The translations under genes and the position numbers were made by a program. From a virus: a stretch of DNA of 64,000 nucleotides. The stretch covers positions 65,716 to 129,715 of IMG/VR virus record IMGVR_UViG_3300044712_000833; one strand, written 5' to 3'. Shown one piece after another: positions 1 to 10,130 of this stretch (the stretch's first letter is position 1; each line of letters starts with the position of its first letter). The notes below the pieces were generated by a model that saw only the letters and a program-made list of their open reading frames with translations, ran no database searches and had not been told where the DNA came from.

Positions 1-37
1 TAGTATCTGCATAAATGTCCTCTATAAAATGTGTCTT

Positions 38-490
38 TTATTGATCTTTTGATAAATTCTTAATTTTGATAACAATATAATCACGTTCATAAGAAACAAC
101 CTGCCATAAATTTTCACAGTTTATTTCTTTATCTTCATACTTATCATAAAAAGGGACGCTATATTGAAATTCTACCTTTTCTTCCTTTTCGTTTTTGCCT
201 ATAACACAAACAGAAGTAATATCTCTGTATTTTTCCATTCTTTTTGTAAATGGAATATGAAAATCTGGATAGTCAGTTTCTTGTAGTGTTTTATAGTCTT
301 TATTCTTTAATTTTATAATAACTTCTTCGCAACGTTGATGGTCATGAAATTGACCAGAAACATTAACAAAAGCATCTGTTTTAATTCCTATAACTACTAA
401 AGAGTGAAAGTCTTCTTTCGCTATTCTATATACTTCACAATTTTCTAAAACTAAATCTACAAACTCTATTTTTTCAATATAATTATTCAT
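38..490 (-). CDS. hypothetical phage protein
   Basis: 150-aa ORF in the minus-strand gene run; its stop codon lies inside the 18-bp motif. Confidence 0.75.
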   Translation of the reverse strand: MNNYIEKIEFVDLVLENCEVYRIAKEDFHSLVVIGIKTDAFVNVSGQFHDHQRCEEVIIKLKNKDYKTLQETDYPDFHIPFTKRMEKYRDITSVCVIGKNEKEEKVEFQYSVPFYDKYEDKEINCENLWQVVSYERDYIVIKIKNLSKDQ

Positions 491-493
491 TAT

Positions 494-679
494 CTACACC
501 ATATATTTTATTTCTTCTAACCAATCAGACAAGGTTTGAAAATCATTGAAGTCATCTCTATCAATTTCCAAGCCCTTTTCTATGTATGCCGTCATATCTT
601 TCATCCATGTCAAAAATTCAACTGTAGACAAACGTGTTTGCGGGGCTGTGTTTTTTAGTAAATCACTTGGTTTCAACAT
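494..679 (-). CDS. hypothetical protein
   Basis: 61-aa ORF tightly packed between neighbours. Confidence 0.65.
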   Translation of the reverse strand: MLKPSDLLKNTAPQTRLSTVEFLTWMKDMTAYIEKGLEIDRDDFNDFQTLSDWLEEIKYMV

Positions 680-683
680 ATGC

Positions 684-1385
684 TTATCCTTCCAATCTTT
701 TAACTGCTAAATAATATGGTTCTTTGTCGTACTCAATTCCAACATAATTTCTTTTGTTCAATTTACACCATTCTCCTAAAGTTCCTGATCCCATGAAATT
801 GTCAAGAATCCAATCTCCTTCGTCAGTAAAGGGAGAAATAATTCTGTCCATAAGTCTAAGAGGCTTTTGCCATCTAATTAATTTACCATCGTCTTTTCTC
901 ACTCTTTCATTCGCTACGGTCGTTAGAACAATATCATCAATCCATGCTGTTGCGGGTTTGGTATCTTTTCCAAACTTATTAAGTCCTTTGCTTTTTGCCG
1001 TAGCCTTTGGTACTTGAATTCTTTCAGGATAAAATTTCCAACCAGATTCCACATTTGTATAAATCATAATAGAGTCAAAACACTGATTGAATCTATCTTT
1101 CTTGTAATTACCCCATTCATTACGCCATTTAATGTCGTTAATAAATGTAGCACCGAGAACATCCTCCATATAAACTCTATATCTATAATCACTATGAAAA
1201 TCGCTCATGGCAATCATGACACCCCCTCTTTTCAACATTTTGAAATATTTGGAAGCCCATTCAAAATTTATGTCTTCATAAACATAATCTGAAAAGATAA
1301 GATCATATTCTCTATCTTTTTCAAACATCATATTATCCATATTTTTAAGGATAATTTCGGTTTTATCACCTAAAGTTTCGGTCAT
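684..1385 (-). CDS. DNA N4-cytosine/N6-adenine methyltransferase, beta-type motif order
   Basis: QKP motif, C-terminal SAM motif ILDNFMGSGT and GIEYD; atypical motif IV (SDYVY). Confidence 0.85.
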   Translation of the reverse strand: MTETLGDKTEIILKNMDNMMFEKDREYDLIFSDYVYEDINFEWASKYFKMLKRGGVMIAMSDFHSDYRYRVYMEDVLGATFINDIKWRNEWGNYKKDRFNQCFDSIMIYTNVESGWKFYPERIQVPKATAKSKGLNKFGKDTKPATAWIDDIVLTTVANERVRKDDGKLIRWQKPLRLMDRIISPFTDEGDWILDNFMGSGTLGEWCKLNKRNYVGIEYDKEPYYLAVKRLEG

Positions 1386-3673
1386 TATTTTCTCTTAAAC
1401 TCCTCAACATTATTTATTTTTTCGTAATCTACAATCCACCAAACATATTCGTCAGGTACTTCCTTAAACCCTTCTCCTGATTTCACAAACTTATTTTTCT
1501 TTTCAAAATTATTTAGAGAAACAATGTCTCCATATCTCAAAGGATTTCCATCAAAAAGTCCTTTTTTAATTTTGAATTTCTGTTCAGTACCTTTAGATAA
1601 AGAATAAAATGTAATACTTGGACTATATTTTAAATCAACTCCTGTAACCAATGCGTATTTAGCATTTACATCATAAGTAAGTTTTCTTTTATTCGCCTCT
1701 CTAACCTCTTTTTCTGTAATTTTCTTATCGAGAGGGCTGGAAGAAACACCTTTCTTTTTCTTCGTAATTTCTTGACCTAAAAAGTTCGTTCTTTTTCCAA
1801 AATCAATACTATTATCGAACATTGAAGTTTGAACAACACTTGGTTCAATTTCTTCAATCATCTTCTTGGCTTCTTTGATATACCATTCTTTGTTTACTAG
1901 ATACGACTCAAACGATTTGGACGGATCATATTCGTTTAGAATCTGAATCATCTTACCAACAAAGAGTCCAATTTGTCGTCCATCTCCGTGTTTCTTTAGA
2001 AGATAACCACCATAATTAGAAATATAAAATCTATTTGTTCGCTGAAGGTCTTGAATTCCAGAAAGCGTTTTTAGTTGCATCTGAAATTCTTTCCCTACTT
2101 TCTGGCTAATGCAAAAATCAAAAATATCTTTAGAAGCATTTATTGTTTCTTTTACAGGAGTATTATGAACAAAATATTCATAAACAGCCTTCGCAACAAT
2201 TGGGTGTTTATATCCCTTTTTTAGATCAATGTCAGGGATAAAAGCACCTTTAGTTTTGACCTTGCCTTTATTATCAATTGCAATATAGTTATTTACATCC
2301 CTTTTAATATAAGATTTGTAATATGTATATTCGAGAGTAAATCCTGTTCTTTCTTGCCATTCTTTACATACCTCATAGTACAAAGTTTCTTTTTTAATTG
2401 GAACTTCACACTCAATACCATCTGTATTTGCCGAAATACAGTGAATGCCGTTTAATTCAAGCATTTCAATCAGCATCAAAATATAAAGCTGTCCGGCAAT
2501 TGTGACTGAAAGCATAGCCTTTGCATCTTCCAACCAAAATGTATCAGAATTTAGTTTTCCATAAAGCCCATTGATAGTAATCTTCAGACCATCAGCTTTT
2601 GTTTTATTGTCTTTCTTTGCCGCTAAACGTTCGGCAGTAAGAATACTTAAAACCTTTACAAATCCTTCATCTAAGTGTTCAGGATAAATGTTATTTAGAA
2701 TAATACAAGTAGGGTACATACTAGCAATATCACAACTAATAATTTTCTTCTCTGGGGTTTCATCAAAACGACAAGATGACTCCATAGAGTGAATACCGCC
2801 TGATCCAATAGAATAACTTGTTCCTTTGTATTTAATAACTTCTTCAAATTTGAAGTTGTCATATCCCATTACCGTAGTATTCTTTATTTTTTCATGAAAA
2901 GAAATTAATTCTGGAGTTTGAAAACTAATTACAACAGGGATACAATCTTTCAGATCAACAGATGAACGTTTTGTTCTAAGGTCTTTGATTGTTCTAACAT
3001 CTACGCCTAATTCTTCTCTATAATAATGCTCCAAAATAATATTACCCATTTTGGAATCCGAAGCGTTCATTACATTCACATCATACAACGCCCCAATTTC
3101 TTCTCGAAGCTTGATTTGAGGTTGAATTTGATTAAAGAGTTTTTGAGTAATTAAAACATCATTGATATTATATTCTAGAACAGTTTTAACTTCTTCTTTT
3201 GTTGAAATAGGATAATCATACGGGTAGGGCAAATCCTGAATTCTTTCATGCTTTAGATTTACTGCACATTGCTTCAAACCAACGCCAAGTCTATCAAAGT
3301 GCATAATCTTGAATAAATCCATAGAATCCCAAGGATAGTAAATATCTCTTGGGTATCTTAGTTTAACAAGATCATCGTCTCGTCTATTAGCGTCTGAAAT
3401 CAATCTCTTAGACAAAGCGAATAGTTTTTTTGGGAGACCGACTCCAACAGTCTGCTCTAAAATAAAACGCAATGCAGGGTCGTCATAAGTAATACTGTTA
3501 AACCCAACTAATAGCATTTTTTGAGAACAAAAATCTTTCATAGATTGAAGGTCGTTGTGTCCACACCCGAAACTAAATTGAATTACTTCCTGAGTTTCTT
3601 TGTCTAAAAATGTCAGACAGGCAAAGCTAGGAAAAGATTCAACATCGTAAAAATATGTTTTTTCGTAATTCAT
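1385..3673 (-). CDS. polB: family B DNA polymerase with 3'-5' exonuclease
   Basis: ExoI YDVESF, ExoII FNSITYD, ExoIII YNINDV; polymerase motifs DIASMYP, KITINGLYG, NTDG; start placed at ATG 3673 after GGAG. Confidence 0.95.
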   Translation of the reverse strand: MNYEKTYFYDVESFPSFACLTFLDKETQEVIQFSFGCGHNDLQSMKDFCSQKMLLVGFNSITYDDPALRFILEQTVGVGLPKKLFALSKRLISDANRRDDDLVKLRYPRDIYYPWDSMDLFKIMHFDRLGVGLKQCAVNLKHERIQDLPYPYDYPISTKEEVKTVLEYNINDVLITQKLFNQIQPQIKLREEIGALYDVNVMNASDSKMGNIILEHYYREELGVDVRTIKDLRTKRSSVDLKDCIPVVISFQTPELISFHEKIKNTTVMGYDNFKFEEVIKYKGTSYSIGSGGIHSMESSCRFDETPEKKIISCDIASMYPTCIILNNIYPEHLDEGFVKVLSILTAERLAAKKDNKTKADGLKITINGLYGKLNSDTFWLEDAKAMLSVTIAGQLYILMLIEMLELNGIHCISANTDGIECEVPIKKETLYYEVCKEWQERTGFTLEYTYYKSYIKRDVNNYIAIDNKGKVKTKGAFIPDIDLKKGYKHPIVAKAVYEYFVHNTPVKETINASKDIFDFCISQKVGKEFQMQLKTLSGIQDLQRTNRFYISNYGGYLLKKHGDGRQIGLFVGKMIQILNEYDPSKSFESYLVNKEWYIKEAKKMIEEIEPSVVQTSMFDNSIDFGKRTNFLGQEITKKKKGVSSSPLDKKITEKEVREANKRKLTYDVNAKYALVTGVDLKYSPSITFYSLSKGTEQKFKIKKGLFDGNPLRYGDIVSLNNFEKKNKFVKSGEGFKEVPDEYVWWIVDYEKINNVEEFKRK

Positions 3674-3713
3674 GAGTTCTCCGTTAAATAAAAATCTTCC
3701 CAATCAAGGGAAG

Positions 3714-3742
3714 ATTATACCACAAGGTTTCAATTTTGTCAA
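3714..3742 (-). promoter_or_regulatory. sigma70-type promoter upstream of the polymerase
   Basis: TTGACA-17 nt-TATAAT with extended -10 TG. Confidence 0.85.
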
Positions 3743-4332
3743 GGATACTTTTCCTCTTTCCAAAGAGGACTTAGAGATTTATCATAAATCAATAAAAATC
3801 GATGTTTCCTACTTCTAGGTTTCCATTCTCCCTCTAACCCTTTAATCTTACCTCTGGAGTGTTTTGTGTAACTACCATCCACATTTTTTATCCAAAAATC
3901 TTTCTTTTCATCCGTTAGTCCATAATATTTAAAATTGCAAGCTTTATAAATTGTGCCAGAATGAAAATCACTGTCCGCATACGATAAAATAGCTTTTACG
4001 TTTGTGTCTTTTTTTAATTGTTTTATGGAACGAGAAACAAACCAAGAAGTTATATTATATTCTTCTTTTTGAGTCTCTGGTTCAACGCAAAGCCTACTTA
4101 ATTCAAAAAATCCATTCTGATTGCTTCTGTCCAGTCCAAACAATCCTTTAACCAATTCTGGAACAGGAAAACCAGTAAAAATTATTGATCCGACCAACTT
4201 TTCATTTTTAAAAAGTCCATAATTATACCCACTCTTAAATCCTTTTGAAATATCTTTTAGATAATGATGTTTCAAAAGGATTTCTGAAGCTTCTTTTTTA
4301 GATATGGATTTTATACAATATTCAGTCTTCAT
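3739..4332 (-). CDS. Mom-like GNAT DNA-modification protein
   Basis: HYL, ELSRLC and SYAD..HSGTIYKACNF motifs typical of the Mom family. Confidence 0.8.
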   Translation of the reverse strand: MKTEYCIKSISKKEASEILLKHHYLKDISKGFKSGYNYGLFKNEKLVGSIIFTGFPVPELVKGLFGLDRSNQNGFFELSRLCVEPETQKEEYNITSWFVSRSIKQLKKDTNVKAILSYADSDFHSGTIYKACNFKYYGLTDEKKDFWIKNVDGSYTKHSRGKIKGLEGEWKPRSRKHRFLLIYDKSLSPLWKEEKYP

Positions 4333-4564
4333 AAAATTATGTTTTTATTCATGTTTCAAGACAGGATAGAATATGTTCAGAACATATTCTGAATCTAGAT
4401 TCTCTATCCATTCAATTATTTCTTCTGGTTCAACAGGAGAACCAAATCTTTTTGAATTAGAATAAATGTCAACTTGTGCCTTTTTTATTAGTGAAATAAT
4501 ATATTCTTTAATAGCTTTAGACTCGTAATTCTCAGTCATTGATTTTCCTTATAAGTTCTTCATT

Positions 4565-5413
4565 TTATTCATAATTTTTATATAAGCTTTCAAATACATA
4601 CTCTTTATTGCTTTTACCGTTCAATCGTCTAAAAGAAGAATTACCGTTTTCTAAAAACTCATGGGATTTATAAATGTCGTTAGGTATTTTTATAACATAA
4701 TCTTCAGAAGTTGTTTTTCCATCAAAAGACAATAACCATTTTGCCTTCTGATTTCTAAGAAAATTCCAAAGAGTATTGTAATTATCTAAAGTACCATAAT
4801 ACATGCCTTTTATTCCAGCATAAGGGGGATCAAGATATATAACATCGTTTTCTGAAGTAGTTATGTTTTCATAAGATTGATTGATAAAAGTAACATTTCT
4901 AGACTCTATTACATTTTTCCATTGCAACATTATATCTAGAAGTTTTTCTGGAATAATTCCATTTCTGTTAGGGTGAAGAGGGTTGTTGAAGTATCCGTTT
5001 TTATTATATCTAGGCATCCCGTTAAATGTGGTTCTCATGATAAACATAAAGTCGTATGGGGACTTTTCTACATTAAACTTTTCTCTGACTTTAATGTAAT
5101 AGTCTTTCTTTTTATCCCAATCATCGATTGAGTTCATTTCTTTCCACAAATCTTTATAGTGCTTATAAACCCCCTCTGCGTCTAAAATAATGGTTTTCCA
5201 GAGAGATATTAAGTCGTTGTTTATGTCGCTTAGAACAAATTTGTTGACCTTTATAGATGATGTGGCTAATTTCACAAAAACACTCCCTCCTCCAACAAAG
5301 GGTTCATAATAAACATCTATTTCTTTAGGCATCATGCCCACTATTTTATCAGCCTGATTTCGTTTGCTACCAGACCACTTGATTACAGGGTTTATTTTTT
5401 TCATATTACGCAT
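4565..5413 (-). CDS. Dam-like (D12 class) DNA adenine methyltransferase
   Basis: KWSGSK, EPFVGGGSV, DIN, FNG..RYN, YLDPPY. Confidence 0.93.
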   Translation of the reverse strand: MRNMKKINPVIKWSGSKRNQADKIVGMMPKEIDVYYEPFVGGGSVFVKLATSSIKVNKFVLSDINNDLISLWKTIILDAEGVYKHYKDLWKEMNSIDDWDKKKDYYIKVREKFNVEKSPYDFMFIMRTTFNGMPRYNKNGYFNNPLHPNRNGIIPEKLLDIMLQWKNVIESRNVTFINQSYENITTSENDVIYLDPPYAGIKGMYYGTLDNYNTLWNFLRNQKAKWLLSFDGKTTSEDYVIKIPNDIYKSHEFLENGNSSFRRLNGKSNKEYVFESLYKNYE

Positions 5414-6303
5414 TATCTAATTGACAAAGCTGATCGTTCAATTGCTCTAACACTTTAATCCAAAGTTCTTCTTCCTCTTTGTTTTTAGGAGGAAAAGGTA
5501 AATCATCTATTTCATATGCTATCTCTATAATCTTATCTTTTATACTTGTCATTTTCACCTCTTAATAAAATGCCTATTTTATAATGTTATCTGTATCTGT
5601 TGAAATTAAGCCAACTGATCCTAAAAGCATAAAAGCAAAAGATACTTTCAAGTATAGAGAACTCATTATTCCATCAAGCCCAAAAAATAAAATATAAATA
5701 AGACAAGCACCTAATCCCACTAAACCAAAAATCCTTTGTTTCATTAGTAACCTCTTCCGTAGAAATCAAATATTTCTGCTACAGACCGAAAAGCCAATTC
5801 GTTACAGTTATTACCTAACACATTTCTTAAATTTTCAGCATATCTTTTCACATGTTCATAAAAGTAACTGTGTTGAGAATTTTTTGAAAAATAATTTCTC
5901 AAAAGTCTAGTAAAATCCATAAATCCATCTGTAGGGTCTTCTCTTCCGTTCTTTGAAGATAAATATGCTGATTCGACTGCTGTTATCAGTCTATTTATAT
6001 CGTCCCAAAAGTAAACTGTTTGTTGAAGTTGAGTTTTCATAATATTTTTATAAAATGTATGCTTTATAATGGTTCCAGCAATTTTTGCATTGCGTGATGA
6101 AAGCTATCACAAATCATATATTTATCTTCTCCATCAATATAGAAGCACCAACCTTCACCCTCTGACCAAGCAACGTGTTTTCCAGTATCTCTAAAAACAA
6201 GGCTAACAGGGTAGAGACTCATTATATACTTCATTTCTTCTGTATTATTAGCATGTTCTATTTGTTCTTTTTTCATATTTGCTCTTTCGATAAAATATCG
6301 CTT

Positions 6304-7671
6304 TTATTCATCGTCTTGTATAAAAGAAGGTTGTTCAGGCTGACCGTTTTCTTCCTGTTCCATATCGTACATTCTAAGAAAATCGCCTTCCCATCCAAGT
6401 TCTCTTTTTCCTTTTTTGCCTTCTCGATTCTTTACCCAAAACACCGCTGGCTTTCTGGTTGTTCTAATCATAACAACTGCATTGGGAGCCTTACCGCCAG
6501 CCTGACTTAAATCGTTAAGTTGATAATCATAAATCTTATCACGATATTCTGATCCGCCTTGACCACTAACTTTTTTATTTTGATGAACTGCTATGATTGC
6601 TACATCCATTTCTCTCTGATAAGCTTTTAATCGATAAGAAATATAATTAATCTTAATATGTTCGGGTTGCGAGTCACCGCTTCCACCTATCATTATTTGT
6701 TCAATTTGGTCAATAAAAATTACCTTTACACCATCAGCAACAGCTTTTCTGATTTTTGTTCTAAGGAGTGGTAATGTCATTTCAGAGGAATCGTCATAAA
6801 CGAGAGGAGACTTTGAAATTTTTCCTAAAGCTTCTTGATACTTAACTAATTCACTATCTGATAATTGACCCTTTTCGATTCGAATTTGAGATATGCCAGT
6901 TTGTCTCTGAACAAGCTTGTTATTAATTTCTTCAGCACTAGACTCGAAGGTAAAAAGTTTTACTTTTACTTTTTTAGTTTCTTCAGGATTTATTGCGATG
7001 TTATAAATAAGATTAAGTACTAAGGTTGACTTTCCTTCGTTTTGTTCTGAAGCAATAAGATAAAATCTAGGCGCAATTCCACCAGCATATTCATCCCAAA
7101 ACTTAAGACCTGTTTCAATATACCTAGATTTTCCGTTGATGGTGTCTTGAAATTGTTGAATATTCTTTTCTGCAACATCCTTAGATGTTCTTGTGTTTTG
7201 AGTTGGTGATCCAACATACGCACTAATTTTACCAGATTCAAAGTCCATCATGGATAAGATTTCAATTGGACGTTTACCTTCCTCAACACCCTTTTTAATC
7301 TTTTCTGCCAACGCAGTTAGCTGTCTACTCGCTCTTAATTCTGAAATTTGAAAAGCGTAATTTTCAATTAATTCTGGACTTGAGTCCATATTTTTCAGAT
7401 AATCTAAAGCATCTCTTCCATATAATTTTGTATTTGGAATGTTTATTTTTTCCAATAAACTTTTTCTTTCAAGATAATGAGAGATAGTATCAATGTCTGG
7501 ATACAAATCTGATTCTACTGTATCTTTAAAAGCCTCGTACAAAACCCCGTAAGGAACCCATCCAAAGGACGGTTTTTCTAACATGTCCTCTACTACAGAG
7601 AACAATGATCCATCTTTAAATAAAATACTAATTACATGAGCTTCTATGTTTTCATTATATGTTTTTGCCAT
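6304..7671 (-). CDS. dnaB: DnaB-like replicative helicase
   Basis: DnaB-type N-terminus, divergent Walker A ASEQNEGKST, FTFES, IFIDQI, KNREG. Confidence 0.85.
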   Translation of the reverse strand: MAKTYNENIEAHVISILFKDGSLFSVVEDMLEKPSFGWVPYGVLYEAFKDTVESDLYPDIDTISHYLERKSLLEKINIPNTKLYGRDALDYLKNMDSSPELIENYAFQISELRASRQLTALAEKIKKGVEEGKRPIEILSMMDFESGKISAYVGSPTQNTRTSKDVAEKNIQQFQDTINGKSRYIETGLKFWDEYAGGIAPRFYLIASEQNEGKSTLVLNLIYNIAINPEETKKVKVKLFTFESSAEEINNKLVQRQTGISQIRIEKGQLSDSELVKYQEALGKISKSPLVYDDSSEMTLPLLRTKIRKAVADGVKVIFIDQIEQIMIGGSGDSQPEHIKINYISYRLKAYQREMDVAIIAVHQNKKVSGQGGSEYRDKIYDYQLNDLSQAGGKAPNAVVMIRTTRKPAVFWVKNREGKKGKRELGWEGDFLRMYDMEQEENGQPEQPSFIQDDE

Positions 7672-8150
7672 TAATCATCATCCTCCTTTAATATAGACTT
7701 CAAATTCTTTAAAGTTTTCTTTTTAGCTTCAGCAGAGGCTACTTCCACCTTCTCTACTGGTTGAACTTTGAATTCTTCACTTGACTTTTCTTCGTCATTT
7801 AAAGTTCTAACTGCATTTATCAAAAGTCCTTTAATAGAAGCTGGACGAATAATCATAAATTTTTTATTTAGATTATCATAATGTCCTTTTGCTATATTCA
7901 TTGCTTTTTTCATTTTTTCTTGAGAGGGCGCAACTGCGTTCAGTTCGTCTAATTGGAGAATCCACTCTTCAAAATTAGATTTCTGTTTTCGATTGGGAAT
8001 GCCGCCTTCTGGAATATTGAATGTCTTATATAACAAACGAAGAGTCCCAATAACTCTTTCTGGATAATGGGTAAAGTGTTCTGGATCATTTCCCATTTTT
8101 CCAAAATAAAACATACCGTCTAAAATGTCGCCTTTCTTATTTTGAGACAT
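7671..8150 (-). CDS. hypothetical protein between primase and helicase
   Basis: AAGGAG SD before ATG 8150; overlaps both neighbours. Confidence 0.7.
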   Translation of the reverse strand: MSQNKKGDILDGMFYFGKMGNDPEHFTHYPERVIGTLRLLYKTFNIPEGGIPNRKQKSNFEEWILQLDELNAVAPSQEKMKKAMNIAKGHYDNLNKKFMIIRPASIKGLLINAVRTLNDEEKSSEEFKVQPVEKVEVASAEAKKKTLKNLKSILKEDDD

Positions 8151-9027
8151 ATAACTCCTTTGGAGCGTTTTTTGCGTAATGAAATATTGTAGCAATTGTT
8201 ATTTGATTCGGAGTAAATCTTTCCCAACGATACTCTAAAGCGTCTCTATCGTATTTAGAACTTTTCTGAGACCACTTATCCCATAAAATAAATCCCTCTT
8301 CCCCCAAAGTCTTCAAAGCAAGACCTACGTTTATCCATGAGAAATAATCTTCACATACCCATTGAGGTATTTTGTCTAAAGCCGTTGCTACTCGTTTTAA
8401 TGTTTTATCAGAACTCTCATTGTAATTACTTTTTGAGTTCTGTTTTTTTTCTTTTCCACGAAGCCAATCAAATTTTTCCTCTAAATCTTTAGGTAAATTT
8501 GCTGGTTCTCTACTCCAATCGTCAGCCATTTTATATTCTTTTTTAATTCCATCCTCGTAAATATAAGACGGAGGAACAATAAAATAAGCACCTTCTGATC
8601 TAATATCTACTCCTGCTTTTACGTTGGCATGGCTATTCATTGTCCCTTTATAAACAACGTGTAATCCTCCAGAAGCAGTTATAGAATGCAAAGCTCCTTG
8701 GTCACTTATTCCCATAGAAGCAAAGCTGTCAAATCCCTTTTTTCCGCCCCTAACGTCAATGTCTAATACAGTTATATTAGATTTCCCACAATAAATGCCA
8801 ATACAAGCTTCAGGGTATCTACCCCACCATTCCTTGATTTGTTGAATGTCTAATGTAGCCATTTTAAAACCACCCTTGTTATAAGGGGCTTTGGTTGGAA
8901 TTATTATTGTCTTTCCTTTTTCATTTACAAACGGCTTGCTAGGCTTTTCTCTTGCAGGAAAAACATACCACCCACGCCTAGCATATTCAATTGCCTTTTC
9001 AAGTAGAATGTTTTGCATTTTATTCAC
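8137..9027 (-). CDS. bifunctional primase-polymerase (Prim-Pol) with PriCT-2-like domain
   Basis: A..YARRGWYVFP, VLDIDVR, TASGGLH, VPPS; C-terminal W..VGLALK...W..WS. Confidence 0.9.
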   Translation of the reverse strand: MNKMQNILLEKAIEYARRGWYVFPAREKPSKPFVNEKGKTIIIPTKAPYNKGGFKMATLDIQQIKEWWGRYPEACIGIYCGKSNITVLDIDVRGGKKGFDSFASMGISDQGALHSITASGGLHVVYKGTMNSHANVKAGVDIRSEGAYFIVPPSYIYEDGIKKEYKMADDWSREPANLPKDLEEKFDWLRGKEKKQNSKSNYNESSDKTLKRVATALDKIPQWVCEDYFSWINVGLALKTLGEEGFILWDKWSQKSSKYDRDALEYRWERFTPNQITIATIFHYAKNAPKELYVSK

Positions 9028-9493
9028 TCCAATATTCGTCTGATCCGTAGTCGTATATAATAGGGCTATGTTTTCCTATCATTCCCCAATTTCTATTTTC
9101 GTAATGCGGAACATCACCTATATCGTATTTTTTACAAAATTCCTTGACAATATTTCTTATCTCATCTGTTCTTTTATGAGAAGTAAAATGCAATCTTTTT
9201 TGAACAAGATATAACCCTTTTTTATCACATTTTACAACTGGTGCAAAATAATCTTCGTCCTTGTTTTTAACAATATATTTCCACTTTAAACTTTCTAATA
9301 TATTTTGCTCAATTGAAGAATCATCTTTCTTGTTTAAAACTACCTTAACAACATAATCTTTATGTAAGAATATTTCTCTACAATGATTGCGCCAAGGAAT
9401 GTTCTTTTTCTTTAATAATTGATTATCTAAATAAACGTCTTTTCCAATTATTTCCACTGTCAGCATATTTTTATACAGGGATGTTATTGGCAT
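9020..9493 (-). CDS. minimal protein-kinase-like fold protein
   Basis: VVKV lysine, helix-C Glu, D-x5-N catalytic loop, IYDYG (DFG-like). Confidence 0.6.
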   Translation of the reverse strand: MPITSLYKNMLTVEIIGKDVYLDNQLLKKKNIPWRNHCREIFLHKDYVVKVVLNKKDDSSIEQNILESLKWKYIVKNKDEDYFAPVVKCDKKGLYLVQKRLHFTSHKRTDEIRNIVKEFCKKYDIGDVPHYENRNWGMIGKHSPIIYDYGSDEYWSE

Positions 9494-9512
9494 CCCTGTA
9501 TTTATAAAATTT

Positions 9513-10124
9513 CTATTCTATTAATTCTTTTGAAAAAATAATCCATTCTAAAATTTTATTTTTTCTTTCTTCTGTAAAGAAATCCAGCGATGAGTTATAC
9601 CAATCTTCAAAACCCATCTTTCTTTTTGAACTATTGCATGATTTACAAGAAGGGACACAGTTGGTTATATCGTTTGAGCCATCGTTTATAATGTGGTCTT
9701 TATGAAAATCTTGTTTATTTATTTTTAAGTGAGTTTCTATATCGATTCCGCAATAGCAACAAAGATTGTCGAAATAATTTTTACAATTTCTCCATTGATT
9801 ATCGGATATTTTATGAAATCCTTTTTGGTAATATCTCTTTAGTTGATATTCTTTTATTTTAGATTTATTATTTTTTCTCCAGTTGGATTGAATGTTTTTA
9901 TATTTTTCTGGATTGTCTTTATAGTTTCTCTTCGCCTTATCTAAAAAATAATCTTTGTCATTCAAATAAAGACTTTTATTGTAGGAACTTACTTTTTCTC
10001 TGTTCTCTATTTGATATTCTTTTTGATATTCAACCCTGCATTTTTTACAGGGTTGAATTATTTTATTTGATTTTTTGTAAAAGTCTTTATCTTCTTTTTC
10101 TATTAAGCACTTCGAACACTTCAT
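9513..10124 (-). CDS. HNH endonuclease
   Basis: CCYCG...DHII...NCVPSCKSCNSSK plus N-terminal CxxC pairs. Confidence 0.9.
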   Translation of the reverse strand: MKCSKCLIEKEDKDFYKKSNKIIQPCKKCRVEYQKEYQIENREKVSSYNKSLYLNDKDYFLDKAKRNYKDNPEKYKNIQSNWRKNNKSKIKEYQLKRYYQKGFHKISDNQWRNCKNYFDNLCCYCGIDIETHLKINKQDFHKDHIINDGSNDITNCVPSCKSCNSSKRKMGFEDWYNSSLDFFTEERKNKILEWIIFSKELIE

Positions 10125-10130
10125 TATTAA

